In this document: piece after piece, positions 50,662 through 64,000 of the stretch
Layout: each line of letters starts with the position of its first letter
How positions within the stretch are numbered: the stretch's first letter is position 1
NCBI RefSeq assembly: GCF_964355755.1
Contig: NC_092676.1
Location: 20,540,871 to 20,604,870 of the forward strand
DNA length: 64,000 nt
Reading direction: 5' to 3'
From: Antedon mediterranea
Taxonomy: Eukaryota; Animalia; Echinodermata
Translations under genes and position numbers: made by a program
The notes under the pieces: generated by a model
Databases searched by the model: none
Told to the model about the DNA's origin: nothing
What the model saw: only the letters and a program-made list of their open reading frames with translations

Positions 50662-53600
50662 ATGGCACTCAGTAAGGTTGTATTTCTGATAGGTTTGCTG
50701 TCCTGTTTAACAGGTAAGTTACTCCATGAGTTATGTAATCTTAATTCACATTTATTCCGTTTGCATATATATTGTAAATGTTTTTTGTTGTTCCTATATT
50801 AAATATTCTTTGTAACAATCATATTATATTTGTTTGAAACAAAAGTTTCAGTGGTATAATTATACCATACATTTGGATATCATTATTACCGAAAGTGATA
50901 TAGGTTACTAAGAGAAGAGAGAATTGAGTAATGGGTCATTATTAAACACGCGATTTAGCAATAATGGTTGTATCGGTTTTTAGATGTAAGAATTATTATA
51001 TAAAATAATTTAAAGCTAATTTTGTTTTTAGACCATTTTAATATCATAGTACCGTAGTTCACAAACAATTATATACATGATAAAATCCTAATTTAAAGAA
51101 GAAGAAAAAAAGCCCACTGTATGGAAGTCGTGAAAATTAACAGTTTTTTATGCCTTTCTTTCTACTATTTTCATTCATTTCGTTTTTCAAAAAGTGAATA
51201 ACTATAAAATTTCCTATTCAAAATTTGATTTGTTTTCATCTTTAAGATTTATTATCGGGTGCGTTTAATGCTTATAATTATGGAATTTAACTATTAAATG
51301 TTTTGTAGCTCTCCCGATATTAGGAATATGCCATGTATTATCTATAGAGAGTAAACATAAAGGTTACACAAACCTATATAAATATTAGATATTAAAATTG
51401 TTATCATTTTCCACGTGTCATCCTCATGGCTACCACTTTAGTTTAAATAGGCCCTGTATAAAATGTTCCCGGTTGATGGACAGAACTTAAAACCTAAATA
51501 CAAGTTTTAAATGTCACGTTTTCAGATTCCCTTATGCTTTGTGAGGTTAATTAGATTAAATCATTTGCTCTCTGTTCCCTAAAAAAAAATTAAATTATTA
51601 GGCCCATATCAAAGAAATTGTTGGTATTAATTTTATATACTTTTTCAAATCTTTATAATGTACATTTTTTAAATGTCTTTTTGTTTGTTTTGTATCTCAT
51701 GAATGTACTTTTCTGATTGTCATTTTTGTATTTTAAATTGATAATAAAGGGCCCCTGGATATCAAGGCCCCTTGATATCAGGGCCCCTGGATAACCAGCT
51801 CCCCTGCGAGGGAACGGAAAGGGTAATCCTCTATAAACATTGTTGAAAATTTTTTTTTTTCAGAAATCAATGGTCAGTTTGACTGTACGTTTGAAAATGG
51901 TTTTTGTTCTTGGCAACAACTAAGAGATGATGTGTTTGATTGGACTAGGCTTAGAGGACCTTCAACGACTGGGACAACAGGACCATCGGTGGATCATACG
52001 TTAGGAAGTATATACAATTTCATTCTTTTTAATTTTATATAAAAAGGGAGTATGACTTATTCGTGGTGATGATGATTATTATTATATAAAGAAAATTAAA
52101 CAGTGAAGCAATAACTGCAGTGTAGTACATAAAAACAATTGTGTACAACCAAAGCATTCTAACAACAGGACACTGAGCTCACCTTGTCAAGAACTTGTAA
52201 CAGTCCTTTGATCTTATATCTGGCTGCGACAAATACCAACAGTTTGTATTATGCACATATTCTCCGTGGCGCGCGGTGTATTAATCGGATATAGAATTAA
52301 TTCTGTCGCAGCCACAGATAAACCGTTTCATCTCATGTTGTTAAATTGCCTTGGTACAACTGGCTACACCCAATGTATCTTGGTGTCAACAATTGTAGGC
52401 CTATTATTGTTTAATATTTAAATAACATATAATACTGTACAGATGATGAAAATAAATTGACGATAATGATAACAATGATTATGTATAATCTATTTAAATT
52501 AATATAACATTTTTCAATTCTAAATTATCCACAGCAAGTAGTGGTTATTACCTCTACATAGAAGCATCATCACCGCGTGTCCTAGGCGACACGGCCAGAA
52601 TTCTAGGCCCCTCAGTGACATTAAACCAGGGAGGCGTTAAATGCGTTCGTTTCTGGCACCATAGCTATGGTTCAAACATAGGGACATTCAATATGTATGT
52701 GTCATCGGATGGTGCTAAAGCGAATCTTGGCTCACCAGTGTTCACATTTACCGGAACTCAGGGTGACAACTGGATTCTGGGACAAGTGGACATTGATGAG
52801 GCGACGTATGGTGGTCAGTTCAAAGTAGTGTTTGAAGGAGTTGTTGGTAACGGCATCAATGGAGACATTGCCCTGGATGATTTTCAGATATTTTCTGGAT
52901 TATGCCCTCAAAGTAAGTAACCGATATCTGCGTATGATGCGCGTATGCTATTCATTAAACCCAGTAAACCTATTTTAGAAAAACGGCAGAGCATTAAAAC
53001 AATGATACATTTTTATCTTCGATTTAAATTATTTCCTTTAAAAATATGATATACTTTTATAGTTAGATAATTTTATCTAATTTAGTTTTAATTTGAGTTA
53101 TTCATATAAGAGTTAGGATTGCCATTGTCATCTTAACTTCCAGTGTGACTATTCATAAGACAAACATAATATTTCTTCACGAAGACGACTAACAGTCGTG
53201 TTGGTAGTCTACGAGAACGATTCATGTGTCGTGAGAGACGTTTACGGAGACCTGAGGTTTCCTTTCAAAAAGGAGAGTGTGTCTACGTTGGGAACTACTG
53301 TATAGCGTGTGTACTAAATGTAGGGAACTCATGAAATTTCCTTAACATTTTCAAATTACAGTTGTCGTTACACCAGCTCCTAGTGACAGTCCATCATTTG
53401 CTCAATGTGACTTTGAAGATCCACAAATTTGTAACTTTGTGCAAGACACGACGGATGATTTTGATTGGACGAGAGCTTCTGGTGGAACAGATTCTTCTGG
53501 TACGGGCCCAACATATGATCACACATATGGAACTTCAAAAGGTTAGTTCATCTATAACTATCAATTTTTGTATCTTCTTATAAGAATTATGATATTTTAA

Positions 53601-56600
53601 ATTTACGATAACAGCAATAGGTCTTGCAAAATAAAAAATGATAAATCGCCCGTTTTCACTGTCCCTTTATTAATTTATCTTAATTGATTATAGTTAGGTT
53701 TATTTTCTGAAATTCAATGATGATGATTCGTACAGAAAAATTATGAAAAAAATAAGTGATGTGGGCTTCAAATTCTTTACAGGATTCTACATGTACATTG
53801 AGACGTCAAGCCCCAGGACTACATCTGACGCAGCTCGGCTCTGGACAACAACATACCCAGCCACAAACGGGCAGTGCATTGAGTGGTTCTATCACATGAG
53901 TGGGTCCTCAGTAAACAGACTAAATGTATATATAGTTGATACATCGACGGGCACTGTTGGCACACCTGCGTGGACCAAATCAGATGATCAGGGTAACTTT
54001 TGGATACTTGGCCGAGTTTCTGTGGTAGCTTCTGGTGCATACGAAATTATGTTTGAAGGAATTGTAGGTAATGGGTATACTGGTGATATTGGTATAGATG
54101 ACGTCAGAATCACTGATGGAGCATGTTTGACACAAGGTTTGTATTGGTGATGTGTTATTAACCCTCGTGTATTACTATTAATTTAATCAGGCTACATTTA
54201 AAAAAAATGTATTTTAATTGATTAACTTGGACAAATCACTAATTTCGTATAAATCTTGATTATTGAAATTTATGCTAACATCTAAACTAATTGTACTTTT
54301 GGCAGTACATAACTCTTAGCATTTAAAAATGAATCAAGTGTATTAATTTATGTGGAGTGGACTTACACAAATTTTACATTAAATATGTCTCTGCTTAAAA
54401 TTACCAGCGCGCCCTCATTAAAGTTAAGTCAGACAAACTTTTTACGTCACATGACCTCAAACACCTTTTTGTTATCAAATAAGTAAAGTCTTCTACAAAT
54501 TACAGTATTTAAACATGTTATAATTATTCTTAACTATTCTCAATGTTTGTGTCGGTAAGTTGTCATAGAGCATAATAGGCTAATGTACACTAAATTGAGT
54601 ATGTTATAGGCTAACTAAACTCAGCTTAGGCTAAAGTAGGTCCTAGGCTAGCGCAGCACAGACAGGCCAGGCTGAGGTGAAGTAAAGTAGGCCTAGTGAA
54701 ATATTTACTTGTTGAGCACGACGGCCTCGCTCGGTCGCTAGGTAGACCTAGGTTATCGAATGAATGGGTTTGCCTCACAAATGTTTACCATGCGTGTAGC
54801 CTACATGAGTTGGATCAGTTTTACCTCATAAAATAGGCCCTACCTAGCCTAGGCCATGGTCAATAATTGGTGTGCAGGCTATTTTCATGGTCAGCTATGC
54901 ATTTAATTTATTGCTGGCCCACTGCTATGTGTGCTATTATAAGAATGAACTATTATATTATGTATACCCACAACAAAGACATTATTGATTTGGTAAATCA
55001 AGTATTAATGTTCCATGTTTGCTACTACTACTAGGTGATTGTAATTTTGAGTCAGATTTTTGCACTTGGAAAAATGATGCTGGTACAGATGACTTTGATT
55101 GGATTCGTATACAACCAACATTTACTTCAATACCCGATGTAGACCATACATTTGGTACTAGATCTGGTGAGTTTAAAATTAAAGAACAATATACGCCAGT
55201 CACTGGGGCTAACTTAATTTTCCTTGCTAATTACAACACAAGGGTGGCTGACACATAAATTATATATTATATAATTATGCACTGTCAAGTGTTATCGCCA
55301 AACTGTTGTGGTTTGGAAATTCTTTTACAACAAATACACTTTCACTACTTTAATTGTTTCTGACTATAATATTATTAATAGGAATTCAAACATATTTAAA
55401 CATTGTCATACAGTTAAATAGTTTGTAGTAAAGTATACCATTTTCTAATTGATTAGTATTTATCATAAACAGGTCACTATCTGTACCTTGACATCAATGG
55501 ACAGACCCAAGGTGAGACAGCAGCACTCAGTAGTAACACCTTCAGTGCCCTTCCCAAAACAGCAAGATGTTTTTCATTCTGGTACAGTATGCAAGGCCGA
55601 AATACTGGCCAGCTTTCTATTATCAAAGTGGTCAATGGTCAACGAAAGACACTGTGGTCACTCTCAGATGAGCAAGGGAATGACTGGAACTTTGGGCAAG
55701 TGACTGTCCGGCAAGATGATGACTATAAGGTAATCTATCAACAATGCTATAAATAAGCTTTATTCATAGGTTCTTTATTTTGCTCAGTAGAGTGTCTCTG
55801 CTAATACTAGCAATGCCCATTCATTTCTGGACTCTTTGCTAGTGAAGAATTAATTTTATTACCCCTTAATTAGCAATCATTTCCTAAGCATGCAATTTTT
55901 TTATACAGATAATTATTGAAGGTACCGTTGGTAGCGGCACATTTTCTAATATAGCTGTTGATGACATCCATTTTGGAAGCGCCACATGTGATGGTAATTA
56001 TAAGCCAACCCATTGTCCAGAAGTCAATATTTCAATGGGTTTTGGTTGAATTTTACTTTTATTCTGTATGTAAAGTCTTTATTTTTTTACATTTTTTTGG
56101 CCAAAAGTGATTAATTTTATAAACTACAAAATGGCCTATTCAAAGTTTCATTTTAGTCATTTTTATTGTTCATATTTTGGGGAAAATACATCTTAAACTA
56201 CTGTATTCTAATAGTCCCCTTTGATTTTATTTTGTGAAGCCTAGTTGTCTAGTCTATCAAGCTAGTTTACCAACAAAAGTGTGCCCAAACATGGTAGTGA
56301 TATGCCCAAATATGGTAGTGATATGACATCATTGTGTCCATATATGGGCACATCACATTTTTTTGTCACATTAAGTTTGATAGTGTAGACTATTCTTGGT
56401 AATGAAGTGAAAATGCAACTAATGCTTTAAATTATGAGCAGACTACTGAAAATTGTTATTACTTATAATTCAAATTGTTTTAACATTTTTATAAAGGAAA
56501 ACCAAACATAGCTGTACCACTGCCGACCTTTGCCCCATCAACAATACAACCTACCACAGCCAATGTTGTTGTTCCGTCCGGACCAGCCAACTGTGACTTT

Positions 56601-59600
56601 GAAGCCGGAATTTGTAGCTACACCCAGGATACGACAGATGATTTTGATTGGAAGACGACAAGAGGAAGCACCCCCTCTCGGAATACAGGTCCATCCTACG
56701 ATCACACACATGGAGCATGTATGTATAAGAATATAAATATAATGTTATTTAATATAAAATATACATAATCTCTATTACCATTATTTATATAATACTTACT
56801 GAATAATCTTAACTGCTGTGCTTCAAATTTAAATTTCATTCTGTTTGCATAGTAGTGGCTAGTTCCACTTTAATATTTAAAACTGAAATTCAAATATAAA
56901 CTGATGTGGGAGGCTTTTATGCAGCCCGCTACAGTGCCTGGACTGCTCCATTTTTCCTTTGAGGGGTGTCCATATTATATGAATAATGGCAATAGTATTT
57001 GTACTGTAGGTATCTCACTCATAGACTACAAATACCACTGTTGGTTTGTGTAATTTAGTTTAAAACTAATTCTTTATACTTAAATTGTTGTAGCTGGAAG
57101 TGGCAGATACCTGTACACAGAAGCTAATGATGCTGCATCGAAAGACGTTGCAAGGATCCTAAGTGCTAACGTAAGTCCTAGCAGTAATGGCATGTGCTTG
57201 AACTTCTGGTACCACATGCATGGTAGCGACATCGGCACACTTAATGTATACATTCAAACTGGAGTTAACATCGGATCTCCCGTGTGGACACGTTCAGGAA
57301 CACAGGGTGATCAATGGTTGACTGAGAGCATCCCAGTTACTACTCGTAACCAATATAATGTAAGTGAATTAATTAAATATTAAAATATTAAATTTTATTC
57401 ATTGGCAAGCCTAATAATAAATAAGATATACAGTACAGTAATATAGGCTTCACAACTGTACATATTCCTGAAATATAGGAATACCTAATTACTTTGGTTT
57501 TGTAAAAGTATTCTGAAATATAAAGTTAGTGAATGAATGAATGAATGAGTGGTCAAGACATGAACATCATACTAGCTGTTTAGTGGAATGTGTCCACAAC
57601 TGGCTTGATTAGAGACTTGGTCTTGGATAAGGACTATAAACCTTATATTTAGTGTAAATCCTTTGGTAAAAGTAGGGGTGACCCTGATGTATTTACCTAC
57701 TGGTATATGACTGCCTAGAACATGAGGTAATCATTATGGACTGAAATGTTGTTGATTAACATCTATTCCACTTTATAAGTGCATTGAGACTTATGTCATA
57801 TGTATTATTTTATACAGTATTGCATTTTGTAATCTTTCGTTGCTTAGGTGGTATTTGAAGCAATAAGAGGAAGTGGTAGTCAAGCTGATATCGCTCTTGA
57901 TGACATAATCGTAGAAAGCAAGCCATGTTCAGCAGGTAATGTTTTTATGAGTTCATTCACTCACACATGAACGGAGAATCTTTGGAATAATGGCAATAGT
58001 GTTTGTACTGTACAGTAGGTATCTCACTATAGACTACAACACCACTGTTGGTTTGTGTATATTAGTTATTTCTTTACATGATAATATGAAAAGATGAACA
58101 AATAAAGTTGAAATACTTTCATAATTTCGTCTTGATATGACGTGGATTGCTCGTGAAACTATTTTATTTTTACTATAAGTAAGTCCAAGTTGACTTACCA
58201 AACCTATTCATATTGGCTTGCCTCACTTTTTTGTTTCGTAGTATATATTCAACTTTATTAGTTGACTCTATGGTTTATTTCTGTATAGCGACATGCACAC
58301 ATTAAGTGTAAAGTTATTTTATATTTTATTGCAGTTACCCCCAGTCCTGGCACATTCCCAGGCCAATGTGACTTTGAATATGGAACTGCATACTGTGGTT
58401 ACAACCAGGAATCTCAATCTGATGATTTTGATTGGAAGCTGGGTAGTGGTGGAACTTCTACAATCAACACTGGTCCATCTACAGACCATACAACAGGGAC
58501 AAACACAGGTAAAAAGTTCTTGACTCTCTAGGCCTGCATTCATCATTGGGAGTTGGTGGTAGTTTATCAGGAAAAGATTGATTTAATTGGGTCAGTGAGA
58601 TTAATAATCTCCAGTCTTTCTTTGAAAACTGTTTGAAATACAATGGTTTTTAGATTAGAATAGTCAGGTTTGACTTTATATTGGATAATAATTTTAAATA
58701 AATTTCTCTGTATTATTAATGAGATAGAGTTCATGAATTGTATACCAGTAAAATAACGTACGTATCAAGACAGTTTTGTCAAGCTGTCAGTTAGAGTATT
58801 TTGTACTTTTTATTGTAAGGTGATGTAATTCATCTTCTTCTATTGTCAGTTGTGTGTTACAATTCATTTACAACTCCATCTCATTACTAAATCAAAACCA
58901 GGTGAAAATGTCTTTACATCTCTGTATTATTGTATTATTTTCCAGGCAAATATATGTTTATCGCATCATCAGAACAAAGCAAAGGAACCAGGGCCTGGCT
59001 ATATTCCCATACTTTTCCAGCATCGACAAGCCAGTGTTTAGAGTTCTACTTCCACATGTATGGCAACCATGTTGGCTACTTGAATGTCTATATTATGGTA
59101 TGTCAATTGTGGATAAGATTTGTATATTCTCTGTTTTCTATAATGTAAAATTTTTAGGCAGCAGCTGGGGATGTTCCAGTACTGCCGTTCATGGTGAGAT
59201 CATATAAATATATATATATAATCAAAGAACTTATAACACAAGAATCTCCTGTTCGTCCGAAGCGCGTAACAATTTCGAAAGGCATTGTGGGATAGAATAG
59301 AGCTATGGGTGGCGCCATTGTGAGCCATGGAGTAGGGCGCCCGCATCAAATTAGAAAGTCAAAATCATAGAGGGGATCTGCTAATACTCTAGGGGGGTAG
59401 AGTAATTGACTTCCTAGTTTGGAGGGGGCGCTGCTCCATGCTGTGAAATGGCGTCGCCCAGTTTGACCTTTTAACCCTGTACTTCCGATACTGTGTTTTG
59501 AATGCAAATTGAAGAACAGGAGATTCTTGTGTTATAAGTTCTTTGATATAATGTTGTGGAAAGTTAAGTCACAGTTTCATGTGCCTTTGTTGCTATGCAA

Positions 59601-62600
59601 TTTAGATTGTACTCAATGTATTCCCAAGCCATAGCTAGGTTTGTACAGTAACTGTTCAAAGTAATAGTCTAAACTCACATACATGTATGCTACAGTAGTT
59701 CTCTGATGTATATTTAATATTCAGTCCAGATATCTAATTACAAATCAATTAGAAAAATATTATTATAAAATCTTTGAAAGGTTGCAGAACAAAAACCATT
59801 GCATAATACTAAATTATGTAATGAGCACAATAATGCAACATAGATTAAATAGCAAACACACATGTTAGAATTACTGAAACTAATTTTATACTATTATACT
59901 ATACATTGTCTTTTGTTTAGATGAATGGCAAACTAAGCAACCCTGTTTTCTCGATGTATGGTAATCTGGGTAACTTGTGGAATGCTGCAGCAGTCTCATT
60001 CACAGCAAGTTCAACATTCCAAGTGTACTTTGAGGCAATTGTTGCTGATGGGCCTAAGGGTGATATTGCCATTGACGATGTTGATATCTTTCAGGGTACA
60101 TGCTCCACACAAGGTAAGCAATTAAAAAAGAGTGCATTAAAAAAAGAAGATTATTAAAATTACCAGAGTCCACTATTGGGATTACTGTAGTTAAAGAATA
60201 CAGTCGACTCTCACAAAATCAGATTTTCTTTCCCAAAGGGTGTCAAATTATATTCTAGAGTTAAAAACACCTTCAGAATACCATAAGAACTGGCATTCAT
60301 GTATGTTTCTCTTAGAAAGATGTATTGTGCCCTCCCATCCCCCCCACACCTGCATGAAAAATGAAAATTAATATAAAAAAAAGATCAAATTTTAAATAAC
60401 TATTATGTGACATGAAACTAATGAGTACAAATTAATATTTTCTAGGCGAGTGTGACTTTGAAAACTATGACTTGTGTACATGGGTAAATAGCAGGAGCGG
60501 AGATGATTTTGATTGGTCACTTGGAAATGGTGGTACTGTCAGTAGTGGGACTGGACCAAGTGTTGACCACACAAAAGGCACTCCACAAGGTATGGCCATA
60601 GCGGCATTTTTGTTTGTATGTGTGTGTTTTATTATGCAGTTAATAGTTGAAAAGCATTTAGAATTGTAAAAATATCATCAAGCTTATCACATTCTTTCCT
60701 TTTAGGTATTTATCTCTTCATTGAATCTTCTTCACCAAGAAAACTTGATGACTCCGCACAACTATACAGTCAGCCTTTCTCTCCAACATCCTCATCAGGC
60801 AGATGTCTTAAATTCTGGTACCACATGAATGGCGGGAACATTGGAAAGCTGCGTGTCTATCAGAAATTGTTACCAGAATCAATTAACCCTCAACTAATAT
60901 GGGAATATGGAAATGATGATGGGGACCAGTGGTTGCAAGGCCAAGTGCCTATTGTTAGTTCTTTCAACTACATGGTAAGCTTTTAATTACAGTACATGGC
61001 AATCTGAGGTTTTTGTATTATTATCAGTACATGTTTGTAAGTCTACATTAAAAGAGATTCAGTATAACTTTGTCAGCCTGTGTTTTCTAAATAGATCATT
61101 TTGGAAGGATTGGTTGGTTCTGGTTACCTTGGTGATATTGCCCTTGATGACATCACATTCTCTGATTCAGCTTGTGGCAGTAAGTATTCAAAACTAAGAA
61201 CAATAAAGGTTCTTCAATTTATATTCTTACCTTCCGTCATATAAATATCTTTTCATATGTTTTTTTTTATAGTTTTACCATCTGGAGCTACTCCACCAGG
61301 AATACCAATTGTAACCCCAACACCTGGTCCAACATTTGCACCACCAACGTTTTACACAAGTCCTGTTGACTGCGACTTTGATACCGACATTTGTGCATGG
61401 ACTCAGGTCCAAACTGATGTATTTGATTGGACAAGAGCACGAGGAAATACTGCCTCTGATTCGACAGGGCCACGGTTTGATCACACAACTGGAAGTAAGT
61501 TAACTATTGCAGTATTACCATTAATTAGAAGAAATAGATTACAAAAGGTTACAACAATTTTTATAAATAACAACATTATTATATTTCAAGCTTCCTAGAC
61601 TTTCTGCATTCTCACTCCTGAGGACGATCAAAGCATGTTGATCAAAACGGCGATAAACTCAAAAGTTCTTTTCAGAACTACTATATGTGGTGTACCGCAA
61701 AACTTTATATCATCATTATTTATTTATTATTTTCAGAGGGATACTATATGTACATAGAAACATCTAGTCCAAGACTGCCTGGAGAAAATGCCCAACTAAG
61801 CAGCTTAAGCATTGCGTCAGGCAGCAAGTGTTTCCGTTTCTGGTACCACATGTATGGACAACATGTTGACACTCTTAACGTATACATACAGGCTGGACCA
61901 TCACTGCCGAGCCCAACTTGGAGCAAAACAGGAGCTCAGGGTGATATCTGGCTTGAGGGTCAGGTCACAATTTCAACATCTAGTAGTTATTTGGTAGGTA
62001 ATCATTTTATGGAATTAATAAGTTTGTATATTTGAGAAAACCTAAAGGAAATAACAGTATAAAAGTGACTCCAAATAGCGAGAGGAAAAAATGTATTGAT
62101 TTTAAAATTGTAGTATTGAGAAAGCTTTTGGCAACTTATGTATTCATTAATTATTTATTGATTGTTTATTTCTTACTTTTTCTTTCTTTACAGATTGTAA
62201 TTGAAGGTATCAGAGGAAGTAACTTTTACGGTGACATCGCAATTGACGACCTTCTTCTGCTTGATGGCACTTGTCCTCCAAGTGAGATTTTAAATATTAA
62301 TGTATTATACGTTCTGTTCTTGTATTATGTAAAACCAAAACATATTATAGTACAATCAATGGAAATGGAAAATGGTTAGCAGACTGAGAAACCCTAGTTA
62401 CCTGCCAGAATGGTGAGAGGTTATGAGGTCAATCAGATGTGTGTGTGTGTGTTTCTTTATTGTTAGCAGGATTATTCAAAAAGTTATTGCCCGATTTTAA
62501 AGGATGGTTTCATAGCTGTATCATGGAAACATGTGATTAAATTGCCATATGCCTAGATGGAGATTTGCGCTCTCTGAATGCCCTTATAGTTTATCATTTG

Positions 62601-63980
62601 TCTTTCTTCATTCTTAGTTGTTGCTACGCTAGCTCCAACAGCCTTGCCATTCTCTGTAACCTGTGACTTTGAGTCTGAACTCTTATGTGGATTCCGTCAG
62701 AGTGCTGGTGATGATTTTGATTGGACCAGAGGCTATGGTGCAACAACTTCAACAGATACAGGTCCAGCCAACGATCACACTTATGGAACTGGATATGGTA
62801 CGTTTGTGAGAATCATATCTGTACTACCTATGTTATTATTCTAGAATGGACACCCATTCTAGAATACTCAAAGAAAAATGGAGTAGTTATAAGGTCACTG
62901 TAAGGTCTACTGAAAAAAGAAGATACACCAACTACTGTAGCAACAAACAAGCTGGCATAGATATTTTTAGTTTAAAGGCCAGGTGCGGGCACAAAATTTC
63001 TATTGATCATACATTCCAATAATCATCGATCTATAGTTTCCCCTATGTTTCATCATTTTTGTGATTTTATTTGTGTTACACAAGCTTGTTGAAAAAAAGC
63101 ACTTTCTTATCAGTGGGGGGATAGTTCAAATTACACAGTAAAATCTCTATTCTTTTGTACACAAATTATGTAAGTAGAGAGGCATTTTAAAAAGCTATGA
63201 AAACTAATTGGTGTGGTAAAAAATGTTATCGGATGACTAAATATAGGTAATATAACTTGAATATTACATTTCTGGTATTTTTATTCAACTTCAGATTTTT
63301 ATTTTCATGCTATAGCAAAAATTATCCACTGTATATCCACCATCTTTTTTCACCTTCTTGGGAGTCACCAGACATGTTATTACATTAGGTTAACTACCTA
63401 ACTACTGAAAAAAAGTCTTTCTGGTTTTTATGGAAGAATTTTGCCAACTTTTGTATTTGACCATATTAAAGGAAATTCATGTTTTTTCGTCTTGATTTCT
63501 GTTACAAATATTTGATTTATGTACAATTAACCAGATATTATATTTAAAATTCATGCCTGTACCTGAGCTTTAAGTGATCTTAAATATGCTTTACTAAACA
63601 AATGTCGTTTTGTTTTAATATTATTTCAGGCCATTACATGTACATAGAAACATCAACACCAAGAACAAATGGTGACGTAGCTCAGCTATACTCACCTACT
63701 TACAAGGCCAGAGCAGGCAGTGTTTGCCTGGAGTTCTGGTACCATATGTATGGGCCTAACATTGGTTCTCTGAATATCTACCAACAAAAGAATGGTATCG
63801 TCTCATCAGTCCTCTGGTCGAAGTCATCCAATGAAGGGATTATATGGAACATAGATCAATTGAGTCTTACGGCTGATGCAGACTTTCAAGTGGTATTTGA
63901 AGGAATTACAGGGAATGGTGCAAGAGGTGATATTGCGATCGATGATGTTACTATCAGAGAGGGCGCTTGTCCAAATTCAG
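50662..63980 (+). CDS. Secreted multi-MAM-domain protein (MALRD1/apical endosomal glycoprotein-like), 5' part; at least 8 MAM domains in the window
   Basis: Signal exon 50662-50713 ([17 protein letters not shown]). Repeated C[DTN]FE...DDFDW...GP..DHT.G / Y[ML]YIE.S / C..F[WY]YHM.G...G.L.V / VVFEG....GDIA[IL]DD modules at ~51864-52912, 53362-54136, 55035-55993, 56497-57934, 58335-60112, 60446-61179, 61273-62281, 62618-63980. The gene continues beyond the window. Confidence 0.92.
59223..59545. mobile_element. Non-autonomous TIR element with 7-bp TSD (P-superfamily-like)
   Basis: Perfect 32-bp TIR CAAAGAACTTATAACACAAGAATCTCCTGTTC. ATATAAT is duplicated on both sides and the interior is GC-richer. 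Confidence 0.8.
62976..63569 (+). mobile_element. Kolobok-like non-autonomous DNA element, copy 2 (about 50 bp longer)
   Basis: TTAA flanks, with the same termini and body as 27897-28438. Confidence 0.85.
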
Positions 63981-64000
63981 GTTAGTTATAGTACAGTTGG

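Overview
AT-rich, intron-containing animal genomic DNA. The repeat families and gene content suggest a marine invertebrate, possibly an echinoderm; this is inference only. Seven spliced protein genes can be traced by hand. They are: an uncharacterised CH-domain/ankyrin gene (-, runs off the left edge); TFB1M (+); WDR3/UTP12 (-), one intron of which holds about 6 kb of 18/23-bp satellite interrupted by a young LINE; MGST3 (+); a secretory-pathway JmjC + EF-hand + KDEL protein (+); a 7-exon class II cytokine (interferon/IL-10) receptor-like gene (-); and a multi-MAM secreted protein (+, runs off the right edge). A tandem tRNA-Leu(CAG) array lies at 45.9-48.8 kb. Two LINE fragments, 5S-, tRNA- and Nin/Deu-type SINEs and several MITE families are also present. 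Three observations stand out. (1) The class II receptor-like gene has the diagnostic 1-2-1-0-1-0 intron phases in an apparently invertebrate genome. (2) Every deleted tRNA-Leu copy carries a different deletion, mostly microhomology-bounded, and all overlap the same 6 nt, as if that site were cut repeatedly. (3) The JmjC oxygenase appears to be ER-retained. Exon coordinates were read manually and may be off by a few bases.
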